From contig OZ244589.1 of assembly GCA_965218065.1 (NCBI GenBank), positions 2,495,127 through 2,559,126 on the forward strand: a DNA stretch of 64,000 nt, given 5' to 3'. A program made the translations under genes and the position numbers. Numbering within the stretch: position 1 is the first letter of the stretch; each line of letters opens with the position of its first letter. The stretch comes from Flavobacteriaceae bacterium. GTDB taxonomy: Bacteria > Bacteroidota > Bacteroidia > Flavobacteriales > Flavobacteriaceae. Shown here one piece after another: positions 46,572-57,376 of this stretch. The notes beneath the pieces were generated by a model, which searched no databases, was not told where the DNA came from, and was given only the letters and a program-made list of their open reading frames with translations.

Positions 46572-47885
46572 ATGAACAGTATTGTAGCCATTGTAGGACG
46601 ACCTAATGTAGGGAAATCTACTTTTTTTAACAGACTAGTGCAGCGACGAGAAGCGATTGTAGATTCTGTTAGTGGAGTGACTCGAGACAGACATTATGGT
46701 AAATCTGACTGGAATGGAAAGGAGTTTTCTGTAATCGATACCGGAGGATATGTAGTTGGATCTGAAGATATTTTTGAAGGAGAGATTCGAAAACAAGTAC
46801 AATTAGCTATTGACGAAGCAGATATTATCATTTTTGTTGTAGATGTGGAAGACGGAATAACACCTATGGATTCTGAAGTAGCTAGAATACTACGCAAGGT
46901 TAAAAAACCTGTTTTTACCGCTGTAAACAAGGTAGATAATGCCATGCGCGCGGCTGATGCTGTGGAGTTCTACAATTTAGGATTGGGTGATTATCATACG
47001 ATTTCTTCTATTAATGGAAGTGGTACAGGAGAGATCTTAGATGCTATTACTGAGATCATGCCTGAACCTGAAGCTGAGGAAGAAGTTGTAAAAGAAGAAT
47101 TACCCAGATTTGCTGTGGTTGGAAGGCCAAATGCAGGAAAGTCTTCTTTTATTAATGCACTCATTGGAGAGGATCGAAATATTGTAACTGATATCGCCGG
47201 AACTACAAGAGATTCTATTGACACCAAATACAATCGTTTTGGTTTTGATTTCAATCTGGTAGATACGGCCGGCATTCGAAAGAAATCCAAAGTAAAAGAA
47301 GATCTCGAATTCTATTCGGTAATGCGTGCCGTTAGAACTATAGAATATTCAGATGTGGTGATATTGATGGTAGATGCCACTCGTGGATTTGAAAATCAAG
47401 ATCAAAATATATTCTGGTTAGCAGAAAAGAACAGAAAAGGAATTGTGGTTTTGATCAATAAATGGGATCTGGTCGAAAAAGAAACCAATACCCTTCGTGA
47501 TTTTGAAGCAGAGATCAAAAAACAAATTGCTCCATTTACAGATGTCCCTGTTGTTTTCATTTCAGTATTGAACAAGCAACGTATTTTTAAAGCGATCGAA
47601 ACGGCTGTTGAAGTTTTCGAGAACAGAAAAAGAAGAATTGCAACCAGTAAATTCAACGAAACCATGCTAGAAGTGATCAAAAACAATCCGCCTCCGGCAA
47701 CGAAAGGAAAGTTTGTAAAGATCAAATACTGTATGCAATTACCTACTAAAACTCCTCAATTTGCATTCTTTTGTAATTTACCTCAGTATGTTAAGGATCC
47801 TTATAAGCGATATGTAGAGAATCAGTTACGTTCACATTACGATTTTACCGGAGTACCTATTACCATTTACTTCAGACAGAAGTAG
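46572..47885 (+). CDS. der: Ribosome-associated GTPase Der (EngA)
   Basis: Two G domains (GRPNVGKST and GRPNAGKSS) plus a KH-like C-terminus. The start is set at MNSIVAIVG rather than the track start at 46536. Confidence 0.95.
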   Translation: MNSIVAIVGRPNVGKSTFFNRLVQRREAIVDSVSGVTRDRHYGKSDWNGKEFSVIDTGGYVVGSEDIFEGEIRKQVQLAIDEADIIIFVVDVEDGITPMDSEVARILRKVKKPVFTAVNKVDNAMRAADAVEFYNLGLGDYHTISSINGSGTGEILDAITEIMPEPEAEEEVVKEELPRFAVVGRPNAGKSSFINALIGEDRNIVTDIAGTTRDSIDTKYNRFGFDFNLVDTAGIRKKSKVKEDLEFYSVMRAVRTIEYSDVVILMVDATRGFENQDQNIFWLAEKNRKGIVVLINKWDLVEKETNTLRDFEAEIKKQIAPFTDVPVVFISVLNKQRIFKAIETAVEVFENRKRRIATSKFNETMLEVIKNNPPPATKGKFVKIKYCMQLPTKTPQFAFFCNLPQYVKDPYKRYVENQLRSHYDFTGVPITIYFRQK

Positions 47886-47996
47886 TTTTAACAGTGTTTA
47901 ACACTTTTTAATAGTTGGCTGTACTTATTTTTCTTTTTTTTGTGACACATTAAAAAGATTCAAGTCTATTATTTGTAACGACTGATAAGAAACCTA

Positions 47997-50780
47997 ATGA
48001 CTATGAAAAAAGTGATTTTCGCACTCCTATTACTCATCTCTTCTTTTGCACTTTCTCAATCCAAAAATTATACGATCGAAGGGCAACTAAAATCCAAAAC
48101 AGATTCCACATTTTTAGAGTCTGCCACCATTCATTTAGAAAAGATCAAGGATAGCTCAGTAGTGTCCTATACCATATCTGACAAACAGGGAAAGTTCAAA
48201 CTAGAAGGAAAGACCTTTGAAAAAGAATTACGACTCGTTGTTTCTTATATAGGCTATGCCTCCTATAGTAAACGCATTACTTTTGATAAAAACTCCTTTC
48301 AATTAGGTACCCTAATATTGCAACCCAACGAGAATGTTTTGGATGAAGTTGTCGTAAGATCCAGAGCTCCTATTACCATTAAAAAAGACACCTTAGAATT
48401 TAACGTAAAATCCTTTAAAACCAAGAAAGAGGCAACCGTAGAAGACCTCCTAAAGAAACTACCAGGTGTAGAAGTAGACGAGGAAGGAAGAATTACCGTT
48501 AATGGTAAAAGTGTAAATAAGATCCTGGTAAATGGCAAGCCTTTCTTTGGAAACGATCCTACGATCACTACCAAAAATTTATCCAAAGAGATCATCGAAA
48601 AAGTTCAAATCACAGATACCAAAACAAAAGCGCAGGCATTTGCAGGAGAAAAAGGAGATGATCAAAACAAAACGATCAACCTTACCATAAAAAAAGAGAA
48701 TAATAAAGGAGTTTTTGGACGAGTCGCCGCTGGAAAAGGAACCGAAGACCTGTATGAGTATGCCGGTATTGTCAATATGTTCGATAACAACAGGCGTGTT
48801 AGTTTTCTCGGTGGAGGAAATAATATCAACTCTCCGGGTTTTAGTTTTGGTGAGATAAGAGATATGTTTGGAGGTGGTAACAGTATATCCGTAAGTAGTA
48901 ATGGTGCTTTCAGTATTGATGGACTTTCCTTTGGTAGTGGAAGCGGTATCACAACCTCTAATAATTTTGGCGGTACCTATGCAGATAAGCTCGGAAAAGG
49001 TATAGACATTAATGGAGACTATTTTTATGCCGGTACGGAGACAGAAACACAATCTATCAGAGATCGGGAAACTATCTTACCCGATGGCAGCTCCTTCTTT
49101 ACCAAATCAAATAGTTCTGGTTCCAATGAAAATAGGAATCATCGAGCAAATATGGATTTTGATATTGAAATAGATTCTACTTTTTTGATCAATATAAGAC
49201 CTTCATTTGTAAGAAATAAAAGAGAAAGTTTTAACAATCAATTTGATGAATCTTCAGACAGTAACGCTAATTTGATCAATACTTCTACCAGTAATAATTT
49301 TAGTGAATCGACAGCGAATAATTTTGCTAATAATCTAGATATCACAAAAAGGTTAAATAACAAAGGTTCTTTTATAAAATTCGGGCTAGACAATCAAATA
49401 GATAAGACAGAAACCAATACACGATTCAATTCCGATTTGGAGATTTTTGGAGCAGCGCCATCACAAGAATTAAGAAATCAAATTAGCGACCAGGAAATCA
49501 CTTTTAATAGTTTAAGAACTAATATTAGCTATCGATACGCCATCGTTTCTAAAAAGTTCTTTATCGATTTCAAATACGCGTACAGAAAAGACAAACGCGT
49601 AAGCGAACGAAATACCTATGACATCGATCCTGTAACAAATCAACAAACTTTCAATACAGATCTCAGTACCGATTTTACGTTTGACAATATTCGTTCTACA
49701 CCAAGTATAGACCTAACCTACAGAAGAGAAAAATGGTCTACAAGTTTTGAAATCGGTCATGTTTCAAGAACCTTAGAAAACAGAGATGTGTTACGTCCAA
49801 TTCAGAGTTTAAAGCGAGATTTTAATGCGATAGAACTCAATGGAAATTTCAACTATCGATTTAGTCCAAAGTCATCCATGTATTCTGGATATCGTTTATC
49901 GAATAGACCTCCGCAGTTAAATCAGTTGCAGCCTTTTACAGACATTTCAAATCCACTAAACATTATCACAGGTAATCCTGCATTAAAACCTGCAAACAAC
50001 AGTAGAATCTACATGGGGTTCAACAATTTCAATTTTCAAAAAGGCACCGGGTTTTACAGCTACTTTAGTGCAAATTTCACAGACAATCAAGTAGTTTCTA
50101 AAACGACTATTGACGAGAACCTGATCAGAAATACAACCTACGAAAATGTAAATGGTAACTACAGGTATTTCTTAAGTGCAACCTATAGTAAAAGTTTAAA
50201 ATTGGACACGATTAGAAAGATCAAACTTCGCATCGGTCTTTCAACAAATAAAAACAGGTCAGTTAATTTTTATAATGATGTAAAGTACAATTCTATTAAC
50301 GAAGCAATTTCTCCGAATCTTGGATTTACATTTACCTGGAAAGATGCCTTCGAAATATCTCCAAGATATACATTATCATTTAGCAAGACAGATTTCGATT
50401 TGGATCAGTTCACCAATCAAAACTTCACCCGTCATACCTTGCGCATTAGAACCAGAACGTTTGCTCCTAAAAAATTAGAATGGCGCAATAATATCAGCTT
50501 TCAATACAATCCTAATGTGGCAGATGGCTTTCAAAAAACAGCTTGGTTTTGGAATTCCACGCTGGCCTACAGTGTTTTAAAAGATAAAGGAACCATTAGT
50601 TTAAAAGCATTTGACCTATTAAACCAAAACACCAACGCACGTAGAAGAGCAACAGCAAATTATATAGAAGATTCGGAGAGTATTGTATTAAAACAATATT
50701 TTATGCTAAGCTTCAGTTGGAAGTTTAATACACTTGGTACCAAGAAGAAAAAATATGGAGGGGATATCTTCTTTTTCTAG
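47997..50780 (+). CDS. Outer-membrane beta-barrel protein with a CarboxypepD_reg-like N-domain (TonB-dependent-receptor-like)
   Basis: 927 aa with a signal peptide. YTIEGQLKSKTD...DKQGKFKL and LPGVEVDEEGRITVNGKSVNKILVNGKPFF are present. It has a long beta-strand-rich barrel ending in an aromatic residue. Confidence 0.75.
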   Translation: MTMKKVIFALLLLISSFALSQSKNYTIEGQLKSKTDSTFLESATIHLEKIKDSSVVSYTISDKQGKFKLEGKTFEKELRLVVSYIGYASYSKRITFDKNSFQLGTLILQPNENVLDEVVVRSRAPITIKKDTLEFNVKSFKTKKEATVEDLLKKLPGVEVDEEGRITVNGKSVNKILVNGKPFFGNDPTITTKNLSKEIIEKVQITDTKTKAQAFAGEKGDDQNKTINLTIKKENNKGVFGRVAAGKGTEDLYEYAGIVNMFDNNRRVSFLGGGNNINSPGFSFGEIRDMFGGGNSISVSSNGAFSIDGLSFGSGSGITTSNNFGGTYADKLGKGIDINGDYFYAGTETETQSIRDRETILPDGSSFFTKSNSSGSNENRNHRANMDFDIEIDSTFLINIRPSFVRNKRESFNNQFDESSDSNANLINTSTSNNFSESTANNFANNLDITKRLNNKGSFIKFGLDNQIDKTETNTRFNSDLEIFGAAPSQELRNQISDQEITFNSLRTNISYRYAIVSKKFFIDFKYAYRKDKRVSERNTYDIDPVTNQQTFNTDLSTDFTFDNIRSTPSIDLTYRREKWSTSFEIGHVSRTLENRDVLRPIQSLKRDFNAIELNGNFNYRFSPKSSMYSGYRLSNRPPQLNQLQPFTDISNPLNIITGNPALKPANNSRIYMGFNNFNFQKGTGFYSYFSANFTDNQVVSKTTIDENLIRNTTYENVNGNYRYFLSATYSKSLKLDTIRKIKLRIGLSTNKNRSVNFYNDVKYNSINEAISPNLGFTFTWKDAFEISPRYTLSFSKTDFDLDQFTNQNFTRHTLRIRTRTFAPKKLEWRNNISFQYNPNVADGFQKTAWFWNSTLAYSVLKDKGTISLKAFDLLNQNTNARRRATANYIEDSESIVLKQYFMLSFSWKFNTLGTKKKKYGGDIFFF

Positions 50781-50829
50781 TCGATCTTAGCCTGAATTTC
50801 CAAAACATGACCAATCGTTTATTATTTCG

Positions 50830-50837
50830 TAAATTTG
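50830..50837 (+). promoter_or_regulatory. -7 box TAAATTTG
   Basis: A perfect TAnnTTTG 20 nt upstream of ATG 50858. Confidence 0.45.
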
Positions 50838-50857
50838 CATACTAAATCGGTTGAATC

Positions 50858-53242
50858 ATGAAAATAGTAAAGTCAAACTTGAACGAGGATATGGAGTTGC
50901 CCATGCAGCTAAACATTTCTTTTAAGAAGGTTTTTGCTGTGTTCGAAAAATATGCCACACCAGAATTCAGGGAACATCCTTACCATAAATCTGCTATTGA
51001 GATGGTAAAAGAGTTCAAAAAATATCCTGAATTATTTGAAGGCTTTTCCGATTTTTCCTTATTAGATAAATATAAGGAACAGGTAGAATTATTATTAGAA
51101 CCTTTATTTCCGGAGCCATTGCTTTTAAATGAAATTAAAGCAGCCAGTGTTCCCTTCTCATTTACCTCATTTAAATTCACTACTCGTTTTGAAAACATAT
51201 TGAATAATGCAGGTGAAGATTACGAGTTGAATGTGCGTAATTTCGAAGAAGATTCCATGTATATTATGGCTTGTACGTTCATTATGAACTATTATTACGG
51301 CTATACAATGGATCTAAAAAGACCTTTCTTTTTTGATATTCCAGATCAGAACTCAGGAATCACAAGACATTACAGAGCCGCATTTAATGGTGATTTTTCT
51401 GAGGTTATTCCTACTGAAAACGCACCAAAGATTACGGAAGAAGATTATAAAGAACTACTTGACAACTTTGATAACCTGGAAGTATGGAAAGAGAAATTTC
51501 CGCCAAACAGCTATATATTCAAAGGATTCGGTATCATGAACCTTTTTGATGTTACCGCTGATCAAACCATTTCTTCTATTCGAACGAACCTCCTGCGAAG
51601 TGGAGATAATCTTAATCAGGAGCTACAACATAATTTGCGCGAATTCTTTGCTATTAAAGATTTAATGCTTGGATTCTCTGTGTTCAATATCAGTGACGAT
51701 TTAAATAAAGCCAGAATAAAGATCTCGGAAAGCTTATTATTTAATAATACAGATGCCGTTTCTTGTTCAGATTATTTTTGTCATCATGTGATTGGAAAAA
51801 TATTCAATGAATATGAAACCATTGCCATTTCTGATGTCGAGAAATATGGTCGAATGTCAGGTAAGAATCCTTTTTATGATCAACTGAAAAAAGTTGGAGT
51901 TGGAAGTATTATTCTAATTCCAATTAAAGCCTCTAATGGTAAAGATTTAGCGGTTCTGGAGATTGCTTCGCCCAGACCTTTTGAGCTGAATTCCATCAAT
52001 CAAAACAAATTAAAAGATATTCTACCTGCTTTCGAAGCAGCAGTGGAAAGAGCTACGGAAGAAATGCAGAATGTGATTGAAGCTACTATTCAGGAGCATT
52101 ATACAACATTGCACGATTCTGTAAAATGGAGGTTTATCGAGGCTGCCGAAAAATACCAGCAGGAACTTCAAAATCATAAAGAAGATATTAAACCCGACCA
52201 AATCGTGTTTAACGATGTATATCCTTTATTCGGACAAGCGGATATCAAAGGCTCTTCTACGGCAAGAAATGAAGCAATTAAAGAAGATCTAACTACACAA
52301 CTTACGCTGGCGATCAATGTATTAAAGCATGCTTGCGAGACAGAGAATTTACCGATCTACAAAGAACTAATGTTTAGAGTAGACGGATATTTATCCAATG
52401 TTAAGGATGGATTAAATGCAGGAGATGAAGTTGGTATTCTAGATTTCTTAAAGAGAGAAATTTATCCGGTGTTTAAGCATATAAAAGACCTTAACAAGAC
52501 GTTAGCCAATGAAGTTGATGTGTATATGAATCGTCTGGATAAAGACTTACATGTGGTGTACGAAAGAAGAAAGGCCTATGAAGATAGTGTTTCGCTACTA
52601 AACGATAAGCTGGGTAAGTTTATAGATACCAAACAGCTAGAAGCGCAAGAAATGTTTCCACATTATTTTGAAAGATATAAAACCGATGGTGTGGAGCACG
52701 ATATGTATATTGGTCAGTCCTTGGTAAAGAACAAGACCTTTGATCCATTATACCTCTACAATTTACGATTGTGGCAATTACAATTGATGTGCGAAATGGA
52801 AAATGTTGCCTTTGCCATCAGAAAGTGTATGAGCCACGACCTACGTGTTGCTTCACTGATCTTGGTGCATAGTAATCCGTTAGCCATCCGATTTAGAATG
52901 GATGAAAAGCAATTTGATGTTGATGGAGCTTATAATATTCGTTATGAGATCATCAAAAAACGAATTGATAAAGCCCACATTAAAGGTACGGACGAACGTT
53001 TAACAGTACCTGGTAAGATCTCTATCGTATATTCTCAGGATAAGGATGCCATGGAGTATTTAAAGTATATCAAATATCTCCAATCTAAGAACTTCTTGGG
53101 TAAAGTGGAAAAATTAGAACTAGAAGACCTACAAGGAGTTTCCGGTTTAAAAGCGCTACGTGCCGAGGTAGTGTATCAGGAAAATTTTGATGAATCAAAT
53201 ACGATCACCCTACAAGATCTTATTAAAGAAATTGCGTCGTAA
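50858..53242 (+). CDS. Large cytoplasmic protein with a GAF-like domain, function unknown
   Basis: 794 aa. The segment GVGSIILIPIKASNGKDLAVLEIASPRPF looks GAF-like. No other motif recognised. Confidence 0.5.
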   Translation: MKIVKSNLNEDMELPMQLNISFKKVFAVFEKYATPEFREHPYHKSAIEMVKEFKKYPELFEGFSDFSLLDKYKEQVELLLEPLFPEPLLLNEIKAASVPFSFTSFKFTTRFENILNNAGEDYELNVRNFEEDSMYIMACTFIMNYYYGYTMDLKRPFFFDIPDQNSGITRHYRAAFNGDFSEVIPTENAPKITEEDYKELLDNFDNLEVWKEKFPPNSYIFKGFGIMNLFDVTADQTISSIRTNLLRSGDNLNQELQHNLREFFAIKDLMLGFSVFNISDDLNKARIKISESLLFNNTDAVSCSDYFCHHVIGKIFNEYETIAISDVEKYGRMSGKNPFYDQLKKVGVGSIILIPIKASNGKDLAVLEIASPRPFELNSINQNKLKDILPAFEAAVERATEEMQNVIEATIQEHYTTLHDSVKWRFIEAAEKYQQELQNHKEDIKPDQIVFNDVYPLFGQADIKGSSTARNEAIKEDLTTQLTLAINVLKHACETENLPIYKELMFRVDGYLSNVKDGLNAGDEVGILDFLKREIYPVFKHIKDLNKTLANEVDVYMNRLDKDLHVVYERRKAYEDSVSLLNDKLGKFIDTKQLEAQEMFPHYFERYKTDGVEHDMYIGQSLVKNKTFDPLYLYNLRLWQLQLMCEMENVAFAIRKCMSHDLRVASLILVHSNPLAIRFRMDEKQFDVDGAYNIRYEIIKKRIDKAHIKGTDERLTVPGKISIVYSQDKDAMEYLKYIKYLQSKNFLGKVEKLELEDLQGVSGLKALRAEVVYQENFDESNTITLQDLIKEIAS

Positions 53243-54458
53243 ATACTTCGAGCACTTGTGCTGTTTTTTCTTGCATTTTAAAGGAAAGTGCAAAAGCGAT
53301 TACAGAAACAACTATTCCAATAATGAATACGGTATAGGTAGTTCTTAAGATACTGTACTTTCTATTCAACACTTTTCCCAGAAAATACAGATCCTTGGTC
53401 ATCGAACCATACAGATAGTCTTTGTCTTGCATTAATTCGTTCATGGCCCACTCGAACTCATCCAATTTCATTTTGTGAAAGTTTCCGAAGAACAACAAAT
53501 TTACTTTCTTGTTCTCTACATCTTGTTTTGAGAATTTTCCGCTGGTAACATTAGGTCTTGTCGCTAAAACAGAAAGTACCATTGACACAATGGTAAACAA
53601 CACAAAAATAATTGTAGGGACGATCAAATAACTATTAGAAGGATTGTCCAATTTTGGTAATAAGTTCGAAAGTGCTAAAGAAACGATAATGGCATTTACA
53701 GATAGTAAGATATTCGCTTTCGTATCCGCTATATCACTTAAAGTAATATGATTTCGTAAGGTCACTCTGAACATGGTCTCAATTCCACGTTCCGGTAACT
53801 TAGCTTTATTCTTTTTCAGTGCAAGTTCTTCCGCTTGTTTTTTTGCCTTCTTTTCTTCTTTCTCCTGTTTCGATAATGATTTGAACAAAGAAGCTAAATT
53901 CTTATCCTTTCCCGATTGCCAGTTCTCTAAAGCATAATCTGTATAGAACCTATGATGCTTCGTAAAGAACGAGATGTTCTCTTGTATCCATTCAATATTT
54001 GTATACTTTTTATTCTGAACCACCTCCCATTCTCTTCGTAGCAATTCGCTTATTTCAGAATAGTTCTTTTCCGGAAAATGAGCACAATCTGCATCTCGGA
54101 TGATCTTTTCCATTTTATTCAAAGGCTCATAACCCATTTTCGTTGCCATGATCAGATGAGAAATCTCATCGATAAGCGTATCCGAAACATCATGATCCTT
54201 TAAAAATGCCTTAGCTATAGCCACGCTGGCTTCTTCATGATTATCTTTTCCCTTCGTATATCCAGTATCATGAAACCAGGCGGTTAAGATCAATTTTTGA
54301 GCTTGTTCTTCCGCTACAGATTCACCTTCTATAATTTGCTTGGTTGCAGCTACTACACGCTGTGTATGACTTAAGTTATGATATACAAACTCGCGTGGAA
54401 GGTCGTCATTTAATAATGACGAAACATATTTTTCTGTTTCTAAAATAAGCTGCTCCAT
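53223..54458 (-). CDS. HD-domain phosphohydrolase fused to a DUF5706 / Pycsar-effector-like TM domain
   Basis: 411 aa. The N-terminus carries HNLSH ... WFHDTGY ... RDADCAHF. The C-terminus carries MFRVTLRNHITLSDIADTKANILLSVNAIIVSLAL plus further TM helices. Confidence 0.65.
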   Translation of the reverse strand: MEQLILETEKYVSSLLNDDLPREFVYHNLSHTQRVVAATKQIIEGESVAEEQAQKLILTAWFHDTGYTKGKDNHEEASVAIAKAFLKDHDVSDTLIDEISHLIMATKMGYEPLNKMEKIIRDADCAHFPEKNYSEISELLRREWEVVQNKKYTNIEWIQENISFFTKHHRFYTDYALENWQSGKDKNLASLFKSLSKQEKEEKKAKKQAEELALKKNKAKLPERGIETMFRVTLRNHITLSDIADTKANILLSVNAIIVSLALSNLLPKLDNPSNSYLIVPTIIFVLFTIVSMVLSVLATRPNVTSGKFSKQDVENKKVNLLFFGNFHKMKLDEFEWAMNELMQDKDYLYGSMTKDLYFLGKVLNRKYSILRTTYTVFIIGIVVSVIAFALSFKMQEKTAQVLEVFTTQFL

Positions 54459-54592
54459 AAAAAAGTATTTATGCTAAATTAAAAATAAAATATTTGATAG
54501 TTTCTATATGTAAGGAAACAGGGTCTTTAACGTCTAAAGTTAGGTTAATATTGCCACATTTAATTAGTAACTTAGTATAAAATAAAAAGTGT

Positions 54593-55048
54593 ATGATCAC
54601 CTGGAAAAATGTCATTGATTTTGCTGTGAATGGAAACCCAACTCCGTCAAAAAGAGTGGAAAAAACAGAAACTGAATGGAAAGCTTTGCTTACTCCAGAG
54701 CAGTTCAGGATTACCAGACTTAAAGGAACTGAAAGGCCTCATAGTGGAGCACTGTGTTCTATTTTTGATGAGGGAACCTATCAATGTGTTTGTTGTCAAA
54801 CGGATCTGTTTGATTCAACTATTAAGTTTAATTCAAGTTCCGGTTGGCCGAGCTTTACACAACCCATCGAAGAGAATGCCATCCAATATATAAAAGACAC
54901 CTCTTACGGAATGGTACGTATGGAAGTGCTCTGTAATACCTGTGATGCCCATTTAGGGCACGTATTTCCAGATGGGCCCGAGCCCAGTGGATTGCGTTAT
55001 TGTATCAATTCTGAATCTATGACTCTTAAAACGGAAAGTAATGTCTAA
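54593..55048 (+). CDS. msrB: Peptide-methionine (R)-S-oxide reductase MsrB
   Basis: CVCCQTDLF, SGWPSF, CNTCDAHLGHVF and RYCINS. Confidence 0.95.
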   Translation: MITWKNVIDFAVNGNPTPSKRVEKTETEWKALLTPEQFRITRLKGTERPHSGALCSIFDEGTYQCVCCQTDLFDSTIKFNSSSGWPSFTQPIEENAIQYIKDTSYGMVRMEVLCNTCDAHLGHVFPDGPEPSGLRYCINSESMTLKTESNV

Positions 55049-55577
55049 GAATATTCAAGTAGCCACTGTAGGAGGCGGTTGTTTTTGGTGCACGGAAGCC
55101 GTCTTTTTGGAAGTAAAAGGAGTTGAAAGCGTAGTGTCTGGTTATTCTGGAGGAACTGCTCCGGGTAAACCGACATATCGAGAAGTTTGTTCAGGATTGA
55201 CGGGCCACGCAGAAGTTGTTCAAATAACGTTTGACGCTGACGTCATATCTTATGAAGATATATTGATCATTTTTATGACCACGCATGACCCTACTCAATT
55301 GAATAGACAAGGAGCAGATGTAGGAACTCAATATAGGTCTGTGATATACTATCATAATGATCAACAAAGGAGCATAGCAAACAAAGTAGTTACTGCCTTG
55401 GAATCTGTTTTTGATGCGAAAATAGTGACTGAGGTCAGTTCCTTAGACATCTTCTATAGAGCAGAAGATGATCATCAAGATTATTACAGAAATAATCAGG
55501 AGAAAGGGTATTGTAGTTTTGTAATTACTCCAAAACTGCAAAAGCTCAGAAAGTTGCATGCAGATAAATTAAAGTAA
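55041..55577 (+). CDS. msrA: Peptide-methionine (S)-S-oxide reductase MsrA
   Basis: GGGCFWCTE, GYSGG, TGHAEVVQITFD and DHQDYY. It overlaps msrB by 8 nt. Confidence 0.95.
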   Translation: MSKNIQVATVGGGCFWCTEAVFLEVKGVESVVSGYSGGTAPGKPTYREVCSGLTGHAEVVQITFDADVISYEDILIIFMTTHDPTQLNRQGADVGTQYRSVIYYHNDQQRSIANKVVTALESVFDAKIVTEVSSLDIFYRAEDDHQDYYRNNQEKGYCSFVITPKLQKLRKLHADKLK

Positions 55578-55819
55578 TGAACATCAAGTTATATGGAGCG
55601 GATAGATGTCACAAAACGCAACATTATATCCGCTTCTTTCAAGATCGTGGTTTAGAATTCGTATTTTTAGATGTAGAGAAAAATGAAGACAGTGCCAATG
55701 AATTGCGGAGTTTATACACCAATGGAAAGTTGAATTTCCCAACGATCACATTAAATCATAAAAAGTTGAGAAATCCATCGGATGCAGCATTGTTAAAATG
55801 GATAGACAAATTAACATGA
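55577..55819 (+). CDS. Glutaredoxin-like thioredoxin-fold protein (single Cys, CHKT)
   Basis: 80 aa. IKLYGADRCHKTQ ... NFPTI. TAATG overlap with msrA and ATGA overlap with selO. Confidence 0.6.
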   Translation: MNIKLYGADRCHKTQHYIRFFQDRGLEFVFLDVEKNEDSANELRSLYTNGKLNFPTITLNHKKLRNPSDAALLKWIDKLT

Positions 55820-57372
55820 AACTAAACCTTAAAAATATATTTATATCAGAACTTCCCTCCGACCCTGTTTTGGAGAATACAAGAAGACAGGTTAGAGAGG
55901 CTTGTTTTTCTTTTGCGCAACCTAAGAAGACAGCAAAACCGTCTTTAATTCATGCTTCAAAAGAAATGGCTGAATTGCTGGGGATTTCTGAAAAAGATAT
56001 ATCCTCGAAAGCATTTCTTGATATCATGACGGGGAATACCTTGCTACCAAATACACGTCCTTATGCTATGTGTTATGGCGGACATCAATTTGGGCATTGG
56101 GCCGGGCAGTTGGGAGATGGTAGAGCCATTAACCTTACCGAAATTGAACACAAGGATAAAACATGGATGTTACAACTAAAAGGCGCTGGAGAAACACCCT
56201 ATTCCAGAACTGCCGATGGACTTGCTGTGCTCCGATCTTCTATACGAGAATATTTATGTAGTGAAGCTATGCATCACCTAGGGGTACCTACTACCAGAGC
56301 TTTGTCGTTGAGTTTAACAGGTGATCAGGTATTGCGAGATATGATGTACGACGGGAATTCCGCATACGAAAAAGGAGCCATTGTTTCCAGAGTTGCAGAA
56401 TCATTTTTACGTTTCGGAAACTATGAGATCTTCGCTGCAAGAAATGACATAAAAAACCTCAAAATTCTGGTCGATTATACCATCAGACATCATTTCCCGG
56501 AATTAGGATCTCCTTCCAAAGACACCTATGTGGCATTCTTTAAAGAAGTAGCCGACCGTACCTTAGACATGATCATTCACTGGCAGCGTGTGGGGTTTGT
56601 TCATGGTGTTATGAATACAGATAACATGTCCATTTTAGGGTTAACTATCGATTATGGCCCCTATGGATGGCTAGAAGGATTCGATGTTGGTTGGACACCA
56701 AATACTACCGACAGACAACACAAAAGATATCGGTATGGAAATCAGCCCAATATTGGATTATGGAACCTGTACCAGCTAGCAAATGCCTTATACCCTTTAA
56801 TTGAAGCAGCAAAGCCACTAGAGGATGTTTTAGAGGGATATAAAATAGATTTCGAGAAAAGATCATTGGAAATGATGCGAGCTAAATTAGGTTTACAGGA
56901 GAAAGACGAAAAAGATCTATTGTTAATCCAGGAACTGGAAGACTTGTTGCAAACAGCAGAAACGGATATGACCATCTTCTTCAGAAACCTATCAAAGTTT
57001 CAAAAGAACGGCAACGTACCATTTGAGATCATCAAAGATGCTTTTTATGATGAACAACTTCCAGAGGACCTGGTTTCAACATGGAAGAATTGGTTAGACG
57101 CTTACAAGGAACGTTTGCAACTTGAAAGTATATCGGATGTTGAACGTCAAAAGAAGATGAACGCTGTCAATCCAAAGTATGTTTTGCGTAATTATATGGC
57201 TCAGTTAGCTATTGACGATGCAGATCAAGGTAATTATGGATTGATCGATGAGTGCTATCAATTATTAAAAAAACCATACGATGAGCAACCTGAATATGAA
57301 AAGTGGTTTGCCAAAAGGCCTGAATGGGCCAGAACCAAAGTAGGCTGTTCAATGTTATCATGTAGTTCATAA
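55816..57372 (+). CDS. selO: Protein adenylyltransferase SelO (YdiU/UPF0061)
   Basis: GGHQFGHWAGQLGDGRA, LKGAGETPYSR, SSIREYLCSEAMHHLGVPTTRAL and HGVMNTDNMSILGLTIDYGP. The start is set at the ATGA overlap; the track start at 55798 is 6 codons upstream in frame. Confidence 0.9.
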   Translation: MKLNLKNIFISELPSDPVLENTRRQVREACFSFAQPKKTAKPSLIHASKEMAELLGISEKDISSKAFLDIMTGNTLLPNTRPYAMCYGGHQFGHWAGQLGDGRAINLTEIEHKDKTWMLQLKGAGETPYSRTADGLAVLRSSIREYLCSEAMHHLGVPTTRALSLSLTGDQVLRDMMYDGNSAYEKGAIVSRVAESFLRFGNYEIFAARNDIKNLKILVDYTIRHHFPELGSPSKDTYVAFFKEVADRTLDMIIHWQRVGFVHGVMNTDNMSILGLTIDYGPYGWLEGFDVGWTPNTTDRQHKRYRYGNQPNIGLWNLYQLANALYPLIEAAKPLEDVLEGYKIDFEKRSLEMMRAKLGLQEKDEKDLLLIQELEDLLQTAETDMTIFFRNLSKFQKNGNVPFEIIKDAFYDEQLPEDLVSTWKNWLDAYKERLQLESISDVERQKKMNAVNPKYVLRNYMAQLAIDDADQGNYGLIDECYQLLKKPYDEQPEYEKWFAKRPEWARTKVGCSMLSCSS

Positions 57373-57376
57373 TCTC

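Noticed and set aside
48299-49052. Three minus-strand ORFs (96-157 aa) inside the OM beta-barrel gene.
   Set aside because: They are antisense to a 927-aa ORF with a signal peptide and receptor-like motifs.
54630-54893. An 87-aa alternative-frame ORF inside msrB.
   Set aside because: The msrB frame has all the canonical CxxC and RYCINS motifs. The alternative frame has none.
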